This document shows, one piece after another, positions 33,080 through 43,058 of a stretch of 64,000 nt of DNA (position 1 is its first letter; each line of letters opens with the position of its first letter). The notes beneath the pieces are model-generated. The model was not told the origin of the DNA, searched no databases, and was given only the letters and a program-made list of their open reading frames with translations. The DNA is from a virus. Lineage: Duplodnaviria > Heunggongvirae > Uroviricota > Caudoviricetes. A program made the translations under genes and the position numbers. The stretch lies in IMG/VR virus record IMGVR_UViG_2537561935_000012. The stretch is one strand, 5' to 3'.

Positions 33080-33532
33080 TCAGATACGTGCGGATGTGGC
33101 ATTACCGTAATGACGGTGCTGACGGACCACCTTATTGAAAAGTTGACGCGCCATCACCCAAGGCTGGTGCTCCCGGCGTTCCTTTTCGTCCTGCGTCATA
33201 TAGAGTTCGTTCTGGAGTTTTTCATCAAACCGGCGCGGAGCGCGGCTGCGGCGAAAGAATTCAGGATTCAGAGAGTGGATCTGAAATCTACGTGGGCGTG
33301 TACTGTCATCAATCAAAACAGACGAATACTTAGACACAGCGATAGCCTTTAAGCGCAGATAAACATCGCGCTTATCGACATCCAGATGCGGGTATTCCTT
33401 TTCAAGAATTGCTGCAAGTTCTTTCGCTGATAGAAGAGATTTAGTGCGGATCATGTAATCCGCAATCTCGTACGATGTTATTCGTGAGTGATTTATTTCC
33501 ATGAAGTGGCGTCCCTGCCAGTTAAGTAACAT
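33080..33532 (-). CDS. lpa: Late promoter activator Lpa-like
   Basis: 150 aa, upstream of pacA, preceded by an operator-like site; synteny with P1 lpa (gene 10). Confidence 0.55.
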   Translation of the reverse strand: MLLNWQGRHFMEINHSRITSYEIADYMIRTKSLLSAKELAAILEKEYPHLDVDKRDVYLRLKAIAVSKYSSVLIDDSTRPRRFQIHSLNPEFFRRSRAPRRFDEKLQNELYMTQDEKERREHQPWVMARQLFNKVVRQHRHYGNATSARI

Positions 33533-33602
33533 CCTGTCACCTACTGATTAGCCCATGTCAACTAATCAACGTGGAATATAATACCCTCGATTAAAGAAAT
33601 AG

Positions 33603-33619
33603 CAATACATTAGAGCAAT
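33603..33619 (-). promoter_or_regulatory. C1 operator-like site upstream of lpa
   Basis: CAATACATTAGAGCAAT, three mismatches; core TTAGAGCAAT intact. Confidence 0.4.
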
Positions 33620-33620
33620 T

Positions 33621-34664
33621 TTATCTAACGCTCGACGAGTGACTTGTGATAGCGCCGACTCCAAGCGCGTAATCAAAGAACAATCGTTGATGCATCGCCA
33701 GCCTACCGTGCGTCTTCTCCCAATTATCGCGGTCACGCTCAATATCACGCTGGCATGACTGGCACAGAGGAATAGCATAAATGTCATGCGCGCATAATCG
33801 ACTATGACGAACGATATAAGGCGTAATGTGAGCGCCAGCTCCCGCAGCTCCACAGCCACAGCATGGACGGGAAGCCACAAAGTCCATGTACTCGGGCAAT
33901 TTTAGCGATTGAAGTTTTGGTATTTTGAAATGCGCCATACCTGGGTCGGAGTCAACATCCACAGGGCATACTTTTGCACGCATCGGCGCGGCGCGTTCTT
34001 CCATCATCTGAACATATGCTGTAGCGCGATCGTCATACGGGCGAATATCCGCCTCTTTCAGAGGTCCGCTATCCTGCGGAGTAGCCTTCATCTTATTTAT
34101 TGATATGCGGCAGACTTCTTCCGGCATCAGGTGCATCATGTTGCGCATGAAAGCCCACCAGCACAGCTCCTGAATACTTAAATCATGGCTATTTGAAAGG
34201 CCCATTTCCTGACGGGCGACATCCAGTATCCAGTTAACGCGATTATTGTGCAGCGTTTCTTTCAGCTCATTAAAACCACGCATCCGGTAATGGTTATCGT
34301 GATGCCAGCACAACAACACCGCGCTATTGTCTCGTTCAGCGTGGACAATATGGTTGTCACACCAACTACGATCTGCGGCCTGGCATTGACCCTCTTTCCT
34401 ACGCAACCACGCCACCAGCGCGTCAATTCCACCAATACGGCGAAACAGTTCATCGCTGTTAAAAAACGGCTGCAACGCCTCATTTGTTGCCATGGTTTGC
34501 TCGGTAACAACGAGGCCGTCTTCCATGTGCTCGATTAACTCACGCGGCACCGGCTCCATAATAAATTTACGGCCAGCCTCCACCAGCTTTCTGACCTCCT
34601 GATCCACTTTGAACGTGGCGAGGCCAAGCTCTTTCTGTACAAAGGGAGTAATTACGGCTTTCAC
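33621..34664 (-). CDS. PdcB-like protein (Cys/His-rich)
   Basis: 347 aa downstream of doc; synteny with P1 post-doc genes. Confidence 0.4.
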   Translation of the reverse strand: MKAVITPFVQKELGLATFKVDQEVRKLVEAGRKFIMEPVPRELIEHMEDGLVVTEQTMATNEALQPFFNSDELFRRIGGIDALVAWLRRKEGQCQAADRSWCDNHIVHAERDNSAVLLCWHHDNHYRMRGFNELKETLHNNRVNWILDVARQEMGLSNSHDLSIQELCWWAFMRNMMHLMPEEVCRISINKMKATPQDSGPLKEADIRPYDDRATAYVQMMEERAAPMRAKVCPVDVDSDPGMAHFKIPKLQSLKLPEYMDFVASRPCCGCGAAGAGAHITPYIVRHSRLCAHDIYAIPLCQSCQRDIERDRDNWEKTHGRLAMHQRLFFDYALGVGAITSHSSSVR

Positions 34665-34691
34665 ATCACACCTTTAATCACTGATTGGGCT

Positions 34692-34892
34692 TTATCTGCT
34701 GCCCGGCATTCTCTGTTTAAGCACAACCATTTCCTGACGGCATAACACAGCAATAGCGGTCCTGACTCCAATTTGCTTACCAACCAGGTATTGCTTTACC
34801 TTGCGGCGACTCACGCCATCAAGAAGCATCTTTAACGCTTCACGGGACAATTTGTTGTATTTGCGTGCCATTAATCTACTCCGCAGAACCAT
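34692..34892 (-). CDS. Small basic protein (PdcA-like position)
   Basis: 66-aa ORF overlapping doc 3' end. Confidence 0.3.
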
Positions 34893-35256
34893 ACAATCTA
34901 CGTAACGTGTCGGCGACAGAAGATACAGATATCTCGCCAGTCGCAGCGCCTACAGTAAGGTCTGCCAGTTCAGGTGAATCAAATACCTGCACCCCGTTAC
35001 GGCGTAGAAATAGCAGCGCACTGTTTAGCGCGGTACGCTTATTGGCATCATTGAATATATGCCCTCTCGCTGTAGCCACCAGGTAGGTGGCGGAGACTTC
35101 GAAAAGGTCGGTGATCTCTTCGTAGGCAACTCTGGCCTGAACTCTCCCGATAATGGCCTCTGCCCTACCCGGATCAGACATTCCCGGCAGGCCGCCGTAG
35201 CGGCTTATATTCGCATCATGAAGCGCAATAAGTTCTTCCGGTGATATATGCCTCAT
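34876..35256 (-). CDS. doc: Doc toxin (Fic-fold kinase)
   Basis: 126 aa with Fic motif HIFNDANKR; overlaps phd stop. Confidence 0.95.
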
Positions 35257-35477
35257 TATCGGTTAACCAGTTCCTTGTTGGTGGAGTCCAGGGTGTCAAA
35301 CAGGGATGCAAATTCAGCATCCAGCGCCGCTTTTTTGTAGGCTTCGAAAGTAGCCTTGCTGACAATTACTGCTGGCTCACGGCCTCTGCGGGTGATTTCA
35401 ACCTCTTCCCCGGCTTCAACATTGTTGAGCACTTCAGAAAGGTTGCCACGCGCGGTACGGAAGTTAATGGATTGCAT
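35256..35477 (-). CDS. phd: Phd antitoxin
   Basis: 73 aa [41 protein letters not shown]...; classic Phd/YefM sequence. Confidence 0.95.
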
Positions 35478-35549
35478 AAACACCTCGTGTACTCGTTATG
35501 TGTACACAATTATAAACTTCACAGGCATAAAGCACCAGCACTTTGCAGC

Positions 35550-35939
35550 TTAAATAACCGGACAATCATCAAATTCCCCACTTCGGGCATCATTGATGAC
35601 ATGAGTGATCACACCAAAAACAGCATTACTGCCCGTGTATCCATCGTCATCTACTGGTAACGCCTCTTTCTTCCCGGTGCTTAAATCCTCCAGGTGCTGG
35701 CGCGGATACTTCCTGTATCTCTTTATGCGATATTCACCCTCCATAGCGCACACAAGCAGAGAACCATCAACCGGAGTAAGCGAGGAATCAACCACCAGCA
35801 AAGCACCCTGCAATATTCCCTCACGGTGATGGCTATCAGCTGCCCGCATGAAGTAGGTCGCTGAAGGATGTCTAATTATCTGCTGATCAAGAGAAATTCG
35901 GCTTTCAACATAATCCGCCGCAGGAGAAGGGAAGCCCAT
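35550..35939 (-). CDS. humD: UmuD-like S24 peptidase (HumD)
   Basis: 129 aa LexA/UmuD C-terminal-domain-like protein; LexA box upstream. Confidence 0.8.
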   Translation of the reverse strand: MGFPSPAADYVESRISLDQQIIRHPSATYFMRAADSHHREGILQGALLVVDSSLTPVDGSLLVCAMEGEYRIKRYRKYPRQHLEDLSTGKKEALPVDDDGYTGSNAVFGVITHVINDARSGEFDDCPVI

Positions 35940-35957
35940 AGCGTTTTACCTCAATGA

Positions 35958-35977
35958 TACTGTTTATTCATACAGTA
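35958..35977. promoter_or_regulatory. LexA (SOS) box upstream of humD
   Basis: TACTGTTTATTCATACAGTA, matching TACTG-N10-CAGTA consensus. Confidence 0.6.
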
Positions 35978-36062
35978 TACATTGAAAAGGCATAGTTTGT
36001 GAAAGCGGGGTTTGTAGGCGCGCCACGCTGGGGGCTAATCACATTTCTCCCCCATCTTGCCG

Positions 36063-36314
36063 TTATTTTTTTGGTGCATCCTCGTTCTGATACACCGGAT
36101 CGCTCCCTTTTGGCAACTGGAGGCTTAACTGCCGATAGTGCCGTAACCGTTCCATGAAATAGGTGCGCAGATTCTCTGGTTGCTCGCGGGCTACCTGTTC
36201 AGCTATGACAGGTATGTTCAATCGCTCTTTGTACGCCACACCGCTGGCAGCCAGATCAACGTTAACCTTATCCCGTTCTTCCTGACTTTTAGCTGCAATA
36301 TTCCAATCGTGCAT
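36063..36314 (-). CDS. hot: Homologue of DNA polymerase III theta subunit (HolE-like)
   Basis: [36 protein letters not shown] closely parallels E. coli Hol[37 protein letters not shown]. Confidence 0.8.
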   Translation of the reverse strand: MHDWNIAAKSQEERDKVNVDLAASGVAYKERLNIPVIAEQVAREQPENLRTYFMERLRHYRQLSLQLPKGSDPVYQNEDAPKK

Positions 36315-36975
36315 ATCAAATCCCATCCAGAACAATTGCGTAACGACTATTATTTAACCAGCAAAGTAACTTTTAATTTTTTTTCTTTTCCCATTGATTT
36401 TTGTGCACAGCTTATCTGCCTTGCCGTGCGCAGAATCAACTTTTTTCTTCCTGATTTATCCACAAAGTTATGCACTTGCAAGAGGGCCATTTTCTAAATA
36501 TTGTGATGTTTCACAAATGAAATGAATTTTGATTAATGAAGATAAGGAGAAAATTTGAGATGCAATCATGACGTTAATAGATAGGGTCTGCATTACAGAC
36601 CCCATCCGCATCAAGGAATTAGCCGTTCCCTGATGTTGTTCCGAAAACATGTGCCGTAAGCTCACGTTAACGACTTTCTTTCACCGAATCCAACTATATA
36701 GGGGTTGGGTTTCTACGTCAACGTGAGCAAGTGCTCCTTTACATTTGACAAGGAACCACCTTAATGACTGCTTTTTTTCAGTTCCTGAGTGCATTTTTAG
36801 ATGCGCCTGTTATTAGCCAGATTCTGGCGATCATCCTCATCATCGTTTTGATTTTGCTTTTAAGGTCAGTAAAAAATGGAATTATGCACTGGCTTACTTA
36901 ATGTTCAGTGAAACATTAAAATCTCCTTGATGTGGAAACAATCATTTTCTGTATGTGCTGGTGGGTACCTGTAGT

Positions 36976-37338
36976 TCAGCTTTCGTTGGCATTTAACTTC
37001 GTCTTTGCTTTCTCCACCAGCAACTTCCAGATGCCTATTTCATTAGCAGCCGCCTTGATGGCGGCATAAAAAGCATCTTGCTGATCGTAACGCTGAATCT
37101 GTTTTTTCAGTTTTGCCTCCACCAATTTAATTTCATTACGTGCTTTCTGAAGCCGCAGCGCCGCCCGGTTACGTCTGTTCTTGTATAGCGCGTTAATCTC
37201 TGATAATTGCTTTAATTTACCAGCCTGACTGCGGATTATCGCCTCTCTGACTTCTGCCGTGCGTCTCATCTGATCTCTTAAGAGTTCACCGTTTTCGATA
37301 ATTCTTTCAAGGTGTTTGATGTGATCTGCAACTCTCAT
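36976..37338 (-). CDS. Hypothetical coiled-coil protein
   Basis: 120-aa ORF, heptad-rich. Confidence 0.4.
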   Translation of the reverse strand: MRVADHIKHLERIIENGELLRDQMRRTAEVREAIIRSQAGKLKQLSEINALYKNRRNRAALRLQKARNEIKLVEAKLKKQIQRYDQQDAFYAAIKAAANEIGIWKLLVEKAKTKLNANES

Positions 37339-38267
37339 ACTTCACCCTCGCTTGTATCGCCAGCATCCACCAGCGGCAATAAAGCCCTGGCCATCTTATG
37401 AACCAATAGTGCATCAATAATGCCAAGCGTATGCCCCGGCTTAATGTTTAATGCCGCCTCAAGGTGACACCTTTCCAGGCCACTTTTCTCGGCTTGTTTA
37501 TGATGATCTGGTGTAATAACGTCGCCCAAAACACGGCTAATTCTTTCTCGTAATTGCTGGGTGCCAGCACACTTGATCGCTGTATCGTGGAGACGGTTAA
37601 CCAGTTCGCGATAAACATGCGGCTTAATTCGGATACGTTCACCGGTGACGCCCTTTCCTGGTGCTGGCACCGAACTATCCGGAATATCCGGATAGTTGCC
37701 AGCCTCGTAAGCTACCCGCAGCCAGTGCATGAATGTTTCAGTGGACACACAACCACAGTCCACATCGATTTTCCCGCGTTGCTGTTCCAGCCATTGCCCA
37801 AAATCCAACCTGTAAGTCTTACTTTCAAGTTCATCACCATTGAACTCGACTTTCTGCGACGCTATGAGAGCTGATTCGTATTGTTCGCGAGTGACAACTG
37901 ACTGGTATTCATCGCTATCAAGGTCACCAATTGGAAGCTCAATCTCACAACAAAAATTGCGCCCAAAGAAAGTGTCTTTTTTGTGGTCTGAGCCAAAAGC
38001 AAAAGTCGCGCATGGTGCCATTAAATTGACACTGGGTAGGTAACAATAACTCATTCCATCAGGCCACCCGCCGCACTTAGGCAGTTCCTTCACTAACAAG
38101 TCGATAAACTTCATTTTTTTATCATCTTTGCAAGCCGCCAAAGCCATTTGGGCAAGTGCCAATACTTCATCTGCCGTATATCCAGCACCGTGACCATACA
38201 TTTCGATACGGGAAATAATCTCTGATATACGCTCTTCAGTGATTCTGGTCATTTCTTTTTGCGCCAT
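37335..38267 (-). CDS. Hypothetical protein
   Basis: 310-aa ORF, overlapping stop/start with neighbours. Confidence 0.45.
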   Translation of the reverse strand: MAQKEMTRITEERISEIISRIEMYGHGAGYTADEVLALAQMALAACKDDKKMKFIDLLVKELPKCGGWPDGMSYCYLPSVNLMAPCATFAFGSDHKKDTFFGRNFCCEIELPIGDLDSDEYQSVVTREQYESALIASQKVEFNGDELESKTYRLDFGQWLEQQRGKIDVDCGCVSTETFMHWLRVAYEAGNYPDIPDSSVPAPGKGVTGERIRIKPHVYRELVNRLHDTAIKCAGTQQLRERISRVLGDVITPDHHKQAEKSGLERCHLEAALNIKPGHTLGIIDALLVHKMARALLPLVDAGDTSEGEV

Positions 38268-38623
38268 TTCTTTTCACATTCCTTAGTCCATTTTTCAATG
38301 TTCATTTTGGCAATATCAGTCATTCCATCACCTAAGAAATACTTTCTCCGGTACGTCTTGCACTTAAACCACACTACAACAGCCACCAGCCAGAAAATAA
38401 AAGGCCATACAGCAATACCAACTCCAGCCGCGATAAAGCCCAATAGCCATAAATGAAGCTCTCCAACTTCTGTTTGCGGCAATATTCTTAAAGAATTAAG
38501 CAGCAGACTGAAGGAATAGTCGTATGCATTGGCGGTATAAGACATGCAATCCATATAATTAAAGTCATAGCCTGCGGCTGCCGCCCATAATGGGCGGTCA
38601 AGAAAATGTTTTAGTGTCATCAT
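38249..38623 (-). CDS. Hypothetical membrane protein
   Basis: 124 aa with Trp-rich TM segment and Lys-rich C-terminus. Confidence 0.4.
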   Translation of the reverse strand: MMTLKHFLDRPLWAAAAGYDFNYMDCMSYTANAYDYSFSLLLNSLRILPQTEVGELHLWLLGFIAAGVGIAVWPFIFWLVAVVVWFKCKTYRRKYFLGDGMTDIAKMNIEKWTKECEKKWRKKK

Positions 38624-38629
38624 ATAAAT

Positions 38630-39019
38630 TTAAGGTTCAGACCAGTTATCTTCAATAGCAATGCTTAATCTTTGTAGCCATTCTGCTAATTTCAGCATTG
38701 CTTCTCTTTCGCTTAAACCACGAGGAAAATCATCAAGCGAAATTGTTGGCTTGAAGCCCCCGTAATTATCTATTTCAACAGTCAGATTTTGCTCCAGCAC
38801 GGTATTCCTTACGCGGCTATTGTGCCGAAGCAAATATACTGAACGTGATTTATTGGTTTTATGGTCAAACTGATATTCGGTAAGTATCATCTGGCTTTTG
38901 CCATGACTATTACCTCTCCACATACTTACCTCACTTAATAAAACAACTCCATGCGTAGTTGATGATTTTTTCCCACGTAATATAAATCTGCACTCCGGCA
39001 GTAAAACCAAAGCCAACAA
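38630..39019 (-). CDS. Hypothetical protein
   Basis: 129-aa ORF; true start possibly internal. Confidence 0.35.
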   Translation of the reverse strand: MLALVLLPECRFILRGKKSSTTHGVVLLSEVSMWRGNSHGKSQMILTEYQFDHKTNKSRSVYLLRHNSRVRNTVLEQNLTVEIDNYGGFKPTISLDDFPRGLSEREAMLKLAEWLQRLSIAIEDNWSEP

Positions 39020-39101
39020 TTGCTGAAAAAATCAAAACATTTACTTTTGACATTATAAATTTTCTCTCGGTGTCGTAGGTGATAGCACCATAATTGATAA
39101 T

Positions 39102-39353
39102 TTAGTGAGTTAGCAGTTCCATTTTTTGGATGATTTCCGCATGAGCATCATCGTTATCAACACTTAACTCGTTTAATGCCTCTCGCACTACATCAACTTC
39201 TTCTGGTTGGAAGAAGTCATCTCGGTAGTCACCAAATAGAACCGAAACAAGCCTGCCACCAGCAACATCAAGATTGGCGCTAACAGGTGGCTCTTTACCA
39301 TCCTCAAATTCGACTACAAAAGTTAATTTTCCCATCGTTACCACCAGCGACAA
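39102..39353 (-). CDS. Small acidic hypothetical protein
   Basis: 83-aa ORF, strongly acidic. Confidence 0.35.
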   Translation of the reverse strand: MSLVVTMGKLTFVVEFEDGKEPPVSANLDVAGGRLVSVLFGDYRDDFFQPEEVDVVREALNELSVDNDDAHAEIIQKMELLTH

Positions 39354-39677
39354 ATTGAATACAAACCCAGTGCTGCCGCCATCACAATTCCTACCGTTGC
39401 GAATGCTTCAGGCCAGCTCATTATCTCACCTCCAGTCTCCATACCGCCTGACCAATCCGGCTGGCATGGGTATCTTTGGATACTGTTCCATCTTTAGCCA
39501 TCTCCATAAGAATTTTGCGCAAATCTGCCGAACGCCATTCTTCATCAGGAAATTCCTTCTCCATTGCCAACCGCAGATTCCAGGTTGCCATCCTGAATGG
39601 ATATTCCCCGCCGAGAGCTTTATCTTGCAGGGCAGCCCGGGAACGCATCACCTGCAAAACCTTCTCTTTTACATCCA

Positions 39678-40481
39678 TCATTTCGCCTCCTGCGGCGGTT
39701 CTGGTAGCGGCATCCAGTACAAGGCGTTCCCTAACCACGATAAAGTGCCGTCGCTCAACTCCACGTATTCCCCTTGTACCTGTCCTGCCATATACTCGCC
39801 GTGCTTTGAATAAATTAAAATCCAATCATCTTGAGCGGGCATTCGCTCACTACAGCTTATCCAACCATCCGGAGTTACCGGATAGTTGCCATTCACAAGG
39901 TCAGCTCGAACATATAGCGTGTCATCATGGTGCTGATTGTGGCTGCACCACGTTAATTCGCTTAACTCGCCATCTTCTGGCCATACTCCAGCTGTTTGCA
40001 GCCAGATATGGGCTGGCGCATCTTGGCAAGGTGTATTAACTGGCAACTTGTAAGTTTGGCTTACAGGTTGGCTACCCTGAAGCATGGCAGCGTGGCAGGC
40101 ATCCTCAACGTTCTTCACTGCATCTGCGCAGTAGTTATAGCGATTGCATTCCACTAATTTCTGCTTGAGGTTTTCAATTGCTAACTCGATTTCATCCGGC
40201 ACTACCGGCTCTGGTTGGATAGTGACGTTGGCAAAGGCAGCACGCAAACCGGCCTTAATTTCCTCTACTTCATCAGCGCCTAGCGATGAATCTGACAATG
40301 CGTGATGGAATGCGTAAGCCATGTCGTCGTTTACTGCAACCGGTTCTGCTTCCAGCGATGCCAGAGCAATTCGTGCCAGTTCTTCCGCTTCTTCTGCTGG
40401 CAGTACAACGTTGCTACCAGGTCCGTATGTTTCGCGCCACTGCTTGATTGTCAGCAGTCGCTCTTTGGTAATAGTGATCAT
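39678..40481 (-). CDS. Hypothetical protein with DUF551-like C-terminus
   Basis: 267 aa ending ...ALYWMPLPEPPQEAK, resembling the WxPLPxPP tail of DUF551 phage proteins. Confidence 0.4.
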   Translation of the reverse strand: MITITKERLLTIKQWRETYGPGSNVVLPAEEAEELARIALASLEAEPVAVNDDMAYAFHHALSDSSLGADEVEEIKAGLRAAFANVTIQPEPVVPDEIELAIENLKQKLVECNRYNYCADAVKNVEDACHAAMLQGSQPVSQTYKLPVNTPCQDAPAHIWLQTAGVWPEDGELSELTWCSHNQHHDDTLYVRADLVNGNYPVTPDGWISCSERMPAQDDWILIYSKHGEYMAGQVQGEYVELSDGTLSWLGNALYWMPLPEPPQEAK

Positions 40482-40993
40482 GCCGCGTTTCCTTCTTTCT
40501 TATTAACAATTACACCGTCATATATTTCATTAAGGTGCCCTCTCAACTCCATGCGCCTTAATGCAGATAACATGTAATCGCATTCAACCTGCTTATTTCC
40601 AGTAAATGGCTTATCGTCAGGATTACCCCAACAGCAATTACCCTTGGGCCACCCATGTACTTTCCGTACTCTTCCGTTAACAACGTGAAGTAATCCCCAG
40701 CCAGGTGGTAAATCCTCAACTGAAATAATTCCCGGCTCACTAATAAAGAATCGCCAGTCGCCCATTCCAAGAGATGGATTTTTACGAAAACGCTTTTTTC
40801 TATCTGCCAACAAGTCAGCACGAGAACACTTCGCCTCTATCAGGCATGATGCTGAATTTCTGAATCCCATAGCATCTGGCTGTTCTCCGGTACTGGTTAC
40901 AGCTATAAAGCGGTCATGAAAACAAACCTTGAACCCGTTGCGCTTAAGGAACTTATACGCAATCTGACAGAGTTCGCGGTGTGTTAACGCCAT
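40478..40993 (-). CDS. PD-(D/E)xK-fold nuclease-like protein
   Basis: Start ATG 40993 (AAGGAGAG RBS, overlaps upstream small ORF stop); motif QPD ... LIEAKCSRAD consistent with PD-x(n)-E-x-K. Confidence 0.4.
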   Translation of the reverse strand: MALTHRELCQIAYKFLKRNGFKVCFHDRFIAVTSTGEQPDAMGFRNSASCLIEAKCSRADLLADRKKRFRKNPSLGMGDWRFFISEPGIISVEDLPPGWGLLHVVNGRVRKVHGWPKGNCCWGNPDDKPFTGNKQVECDYMLSALRRMELRGHLNEIYDGVIVNKKEGNAA

Positions 40994-40994
40994 A

Positions 40995-41183
40995 TCACTC
41001 TCCTTTAGTGCGCAAGTGGTTTTTCCAGCGGTTTTGCGCCGCGCTGGGCTTTTTGCAAAAACCACAATCCATCATCCCGTAATATTTCATCAACCCCATC
41101 CGTCGGTTGCTGAGTCTCACCCACTGCCAGACGCCAGGAGCGTTTCTACGAACTAACAGAATCTTTGCTTTACGGTTTTTCAT
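40995..41183 (-). CDS. Small basic protein, paralogue 2 (MKNRKAK family)
   Basis: 62-aa ORF in track; shares N-terminal MKNRKAK and internal QNR-K motif with adjacent unlisted ORF. Confidence 0.35.
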   Translation of the reverse strand: MKNRKAKILLVRRNAPGVWQWVRLSNRRMGLMKYYGMMDCGFCKKPSAAQNRWKNHLRTKGE

Positions 41184-41191
41184 CTTACAGC

Positions 41192-41362
41192 GTACCCTTT
41201 CTTCCGCCTGTTCTGTGACGCAGTAGGCTTACGCTTTGCGGCAAAAGCCACCTGACCAAATGGATGGAGTACCGCTATCTTATGGTTGCTAATAACCAGC
41301 TCCACCACACGCACAGGTCGCTGTAAAAAAAGTCGTTTTGCCTTACGGTTTTTCATCGCTTT
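41192..41362 (-). CDS. Small basic protein, paralogue 1 (MKNRKAK family)
   Basis: About 56 aa, below the track length cut-off; ATG preceded by the same CTTTACGGTTTTTCAT context as paralogue 2. Confidence 0.3.
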
Positions 41363-41528
41363 GCTCTCCTGCGTCTCTTTGCTGCTCGTCGTGCCGCTGC
41401 AATACCGGTATGGCGGCGCTTTGGTGCCGGGATGATGTTGTCAGCCATCAGGACATACGGCTTTGCAATTAGCGCAGAAGCCCAAAAACGAGTCGGGTAC
41501 GGTAACAAGCCGATACATGCCACACGCA

Positions 41529-42149
41529 TTACTCACCTCCTTTGATGCGAATGCCAGCGGCGCGTGGCACATTAACTTCCACGATGCGCACAGTTGGTTT
41601 GTACATCTCAATCGCAGTCAGCCAGTCAGCGCCAGTCATGCGCTTTTCTGCATCGCCATTAGTCCACTTAACCGGTACACCAATAGCCTTCATCGCGATT
41701 TCTATTTCCCCGGCAATGGCGCTTTTTCCGCAACCAGTAAAACCAGATACAACGACCAGAACTTCACCTTTGGCTGGTTTTATTCCCCGCGCTTCCAGTT
41801 CTGCTATGCGCTTACTTCCATCCGAGATAACACCTTCGTAATACTCACGCTGCTCGTTGAGTTTTGATTTTGCCAACTCCAGTTGTTTTGTTAGTTCCGC
41901 AATACGGCAAACATCGTTGATACGCGTTTCCTCTAATGCGTTGATCTCATCCAGTAGTGCCAGCACGGTTTCTGGTCCGGCCAGAAATTTGAAGGCGTTG
42001 AGGGCATCAATATCAACACCGCTATCTTTAAGTTCCTGTTCGCTTATCAGAGCATCATCAACTGGCAACATTAACAGGCGTTCCATTGCCGGAATTGCAC
42101 GCTCTGCCGCCTCACGCAGTGCCTGATAGTCAATTGTCATTCTCGCCAT
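41529..42149 (-). CDS. Ead/Ea22-like prophage protein
   Basis: 206 aa with coiled-coil core and C-terminal Gly-rich nucleotide-binding-like segment typical of Ead/Ea22 family. Confidence 0.45.
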   Translation of the reverse strand: MARMTIDYQALREAAERAIPAMERLLMLPVDDALISEQELKDSGVDIDALNAFKFLAGPETVLALLDEINALEETRINDVCRIAELTKQLELAKSKLNEQREYYEGVISDGSKRIAELEARGIKPAKGEVLVVVSGFTGCGKSAIAGEIEIAMKAIGVPVKWTNGDAEKRMTGADWLTAIEMYKPTVRIVEVNVPRAAGIRIKGGE

Positions 42150-42781
42150 CCTTCACAGTTGTAATCACTACAGCCTTCAAAATCATATGGGCTGTACTGC
42201 CAGGTTATTTTTCCGCAATGCGGACAATTCCAACGCACCTTCCCGCTTCGCGACTTCTTTCTTCTGTTCTGCTCTTTCAACCAGTCAGGCATGACCAAAC
42301 CTGCGCCCTGAACCATTGTTCTGCGGTTAAAGTTATTGATATTGAACGTCCGACGCTTTGCTGCATCAGCAATGGAAAATGGCAACCAAACTATTCCTGG
42401 TTCGTTTTTGTTGGCGACGCTAAAGATGGTCGCTTTACTGAAGTCATCTGTTGGCAATCCACCGTGTTGAAGCCAGTAAACATCGTTGCCGTTCCAGCTA
42501 CCTTTTTTGTAGGCCACATACGCAGTGCAATCTGACTCAATCAGGCTTTCTGTGGGGATGTACTGGCAATCAACGTGCCACACAGCCATTGCATCCACGC
42601 TATCAGCGCAAACAGGCTGATCGATATCTCGTCCACAATTCCAGGCTTTTTGGGCTTCTTCCAGCGTGTAAACATGAGCGCGATCGATATCAGAACTGTA
42701 ACCATTGCCGTTATGGCAATGGAATGAGGCGTTATTACCCACAGTTTCACGCAAGCACATCATGTAAAAGCGGTTATTCAC
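42137..42781 (-). CDS. Hypothetical Cys-rich protein
   Basis: 214-aa ORF with CPHCG zinc-ribbon-like motif. Confidence 0.35.
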   Translation of the reverse strand: MNNRFYMMCLRETVGNNASFHCHNGNGYSSDIDRAHVYTLEEAQKAWNCGRDIDQPVCADSVDAMAVWHVDCQYIPTESLIESDCTAYVAYKKGSWNGNDVYWLQHGGLPTDDFSKATIFSVANKNEPGIVWLPFSIADAAKRRTFNINNFNRRTMVQGAGLVMPDWLKEQNRRKKSRSGKVRWNCPHCGKITWQYSPYDFEGCSDYNCEGWRE

Positions 42782-43058
42782 TGGTTGCCTCCGCTTCCCA
42801 CGTTTTCAGACTTTCACCACAGAACGGGCAAAATGAAACTCGAATAGGCGATTTAGAAAATTCACCAGACCGCAGCATGATCAGGTCTTGTGAATGAATT
42901 AATTCATGGTTATAGATTTTGTATTTCAGCAGACCTTTTCGCGTCGTGTATTCAGCGTCATGCTCCAGGGATTGTGCCAACGCCGCGCACGGTTCTATCT
43001 TGTTGCCATTAATTTGGCATTTTGACTCACTCACTGGTTGCCCCCTGAATACGCTCAA
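42774..43058 (-). CDS. Small zinc-ribbon protein
   Basis: 94 aa, C-terminal CPFCG motif. Confidence 0.3.
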   Translation of the reverse strand: MSVFRGQPVSESKCQINGNKIEPCAALAQSLEHDAEYTTRKGLLKYKIYNHELIHSQDLIMLRSGEFSKSPIRVSFCPFCGESLKTWEAEATSE

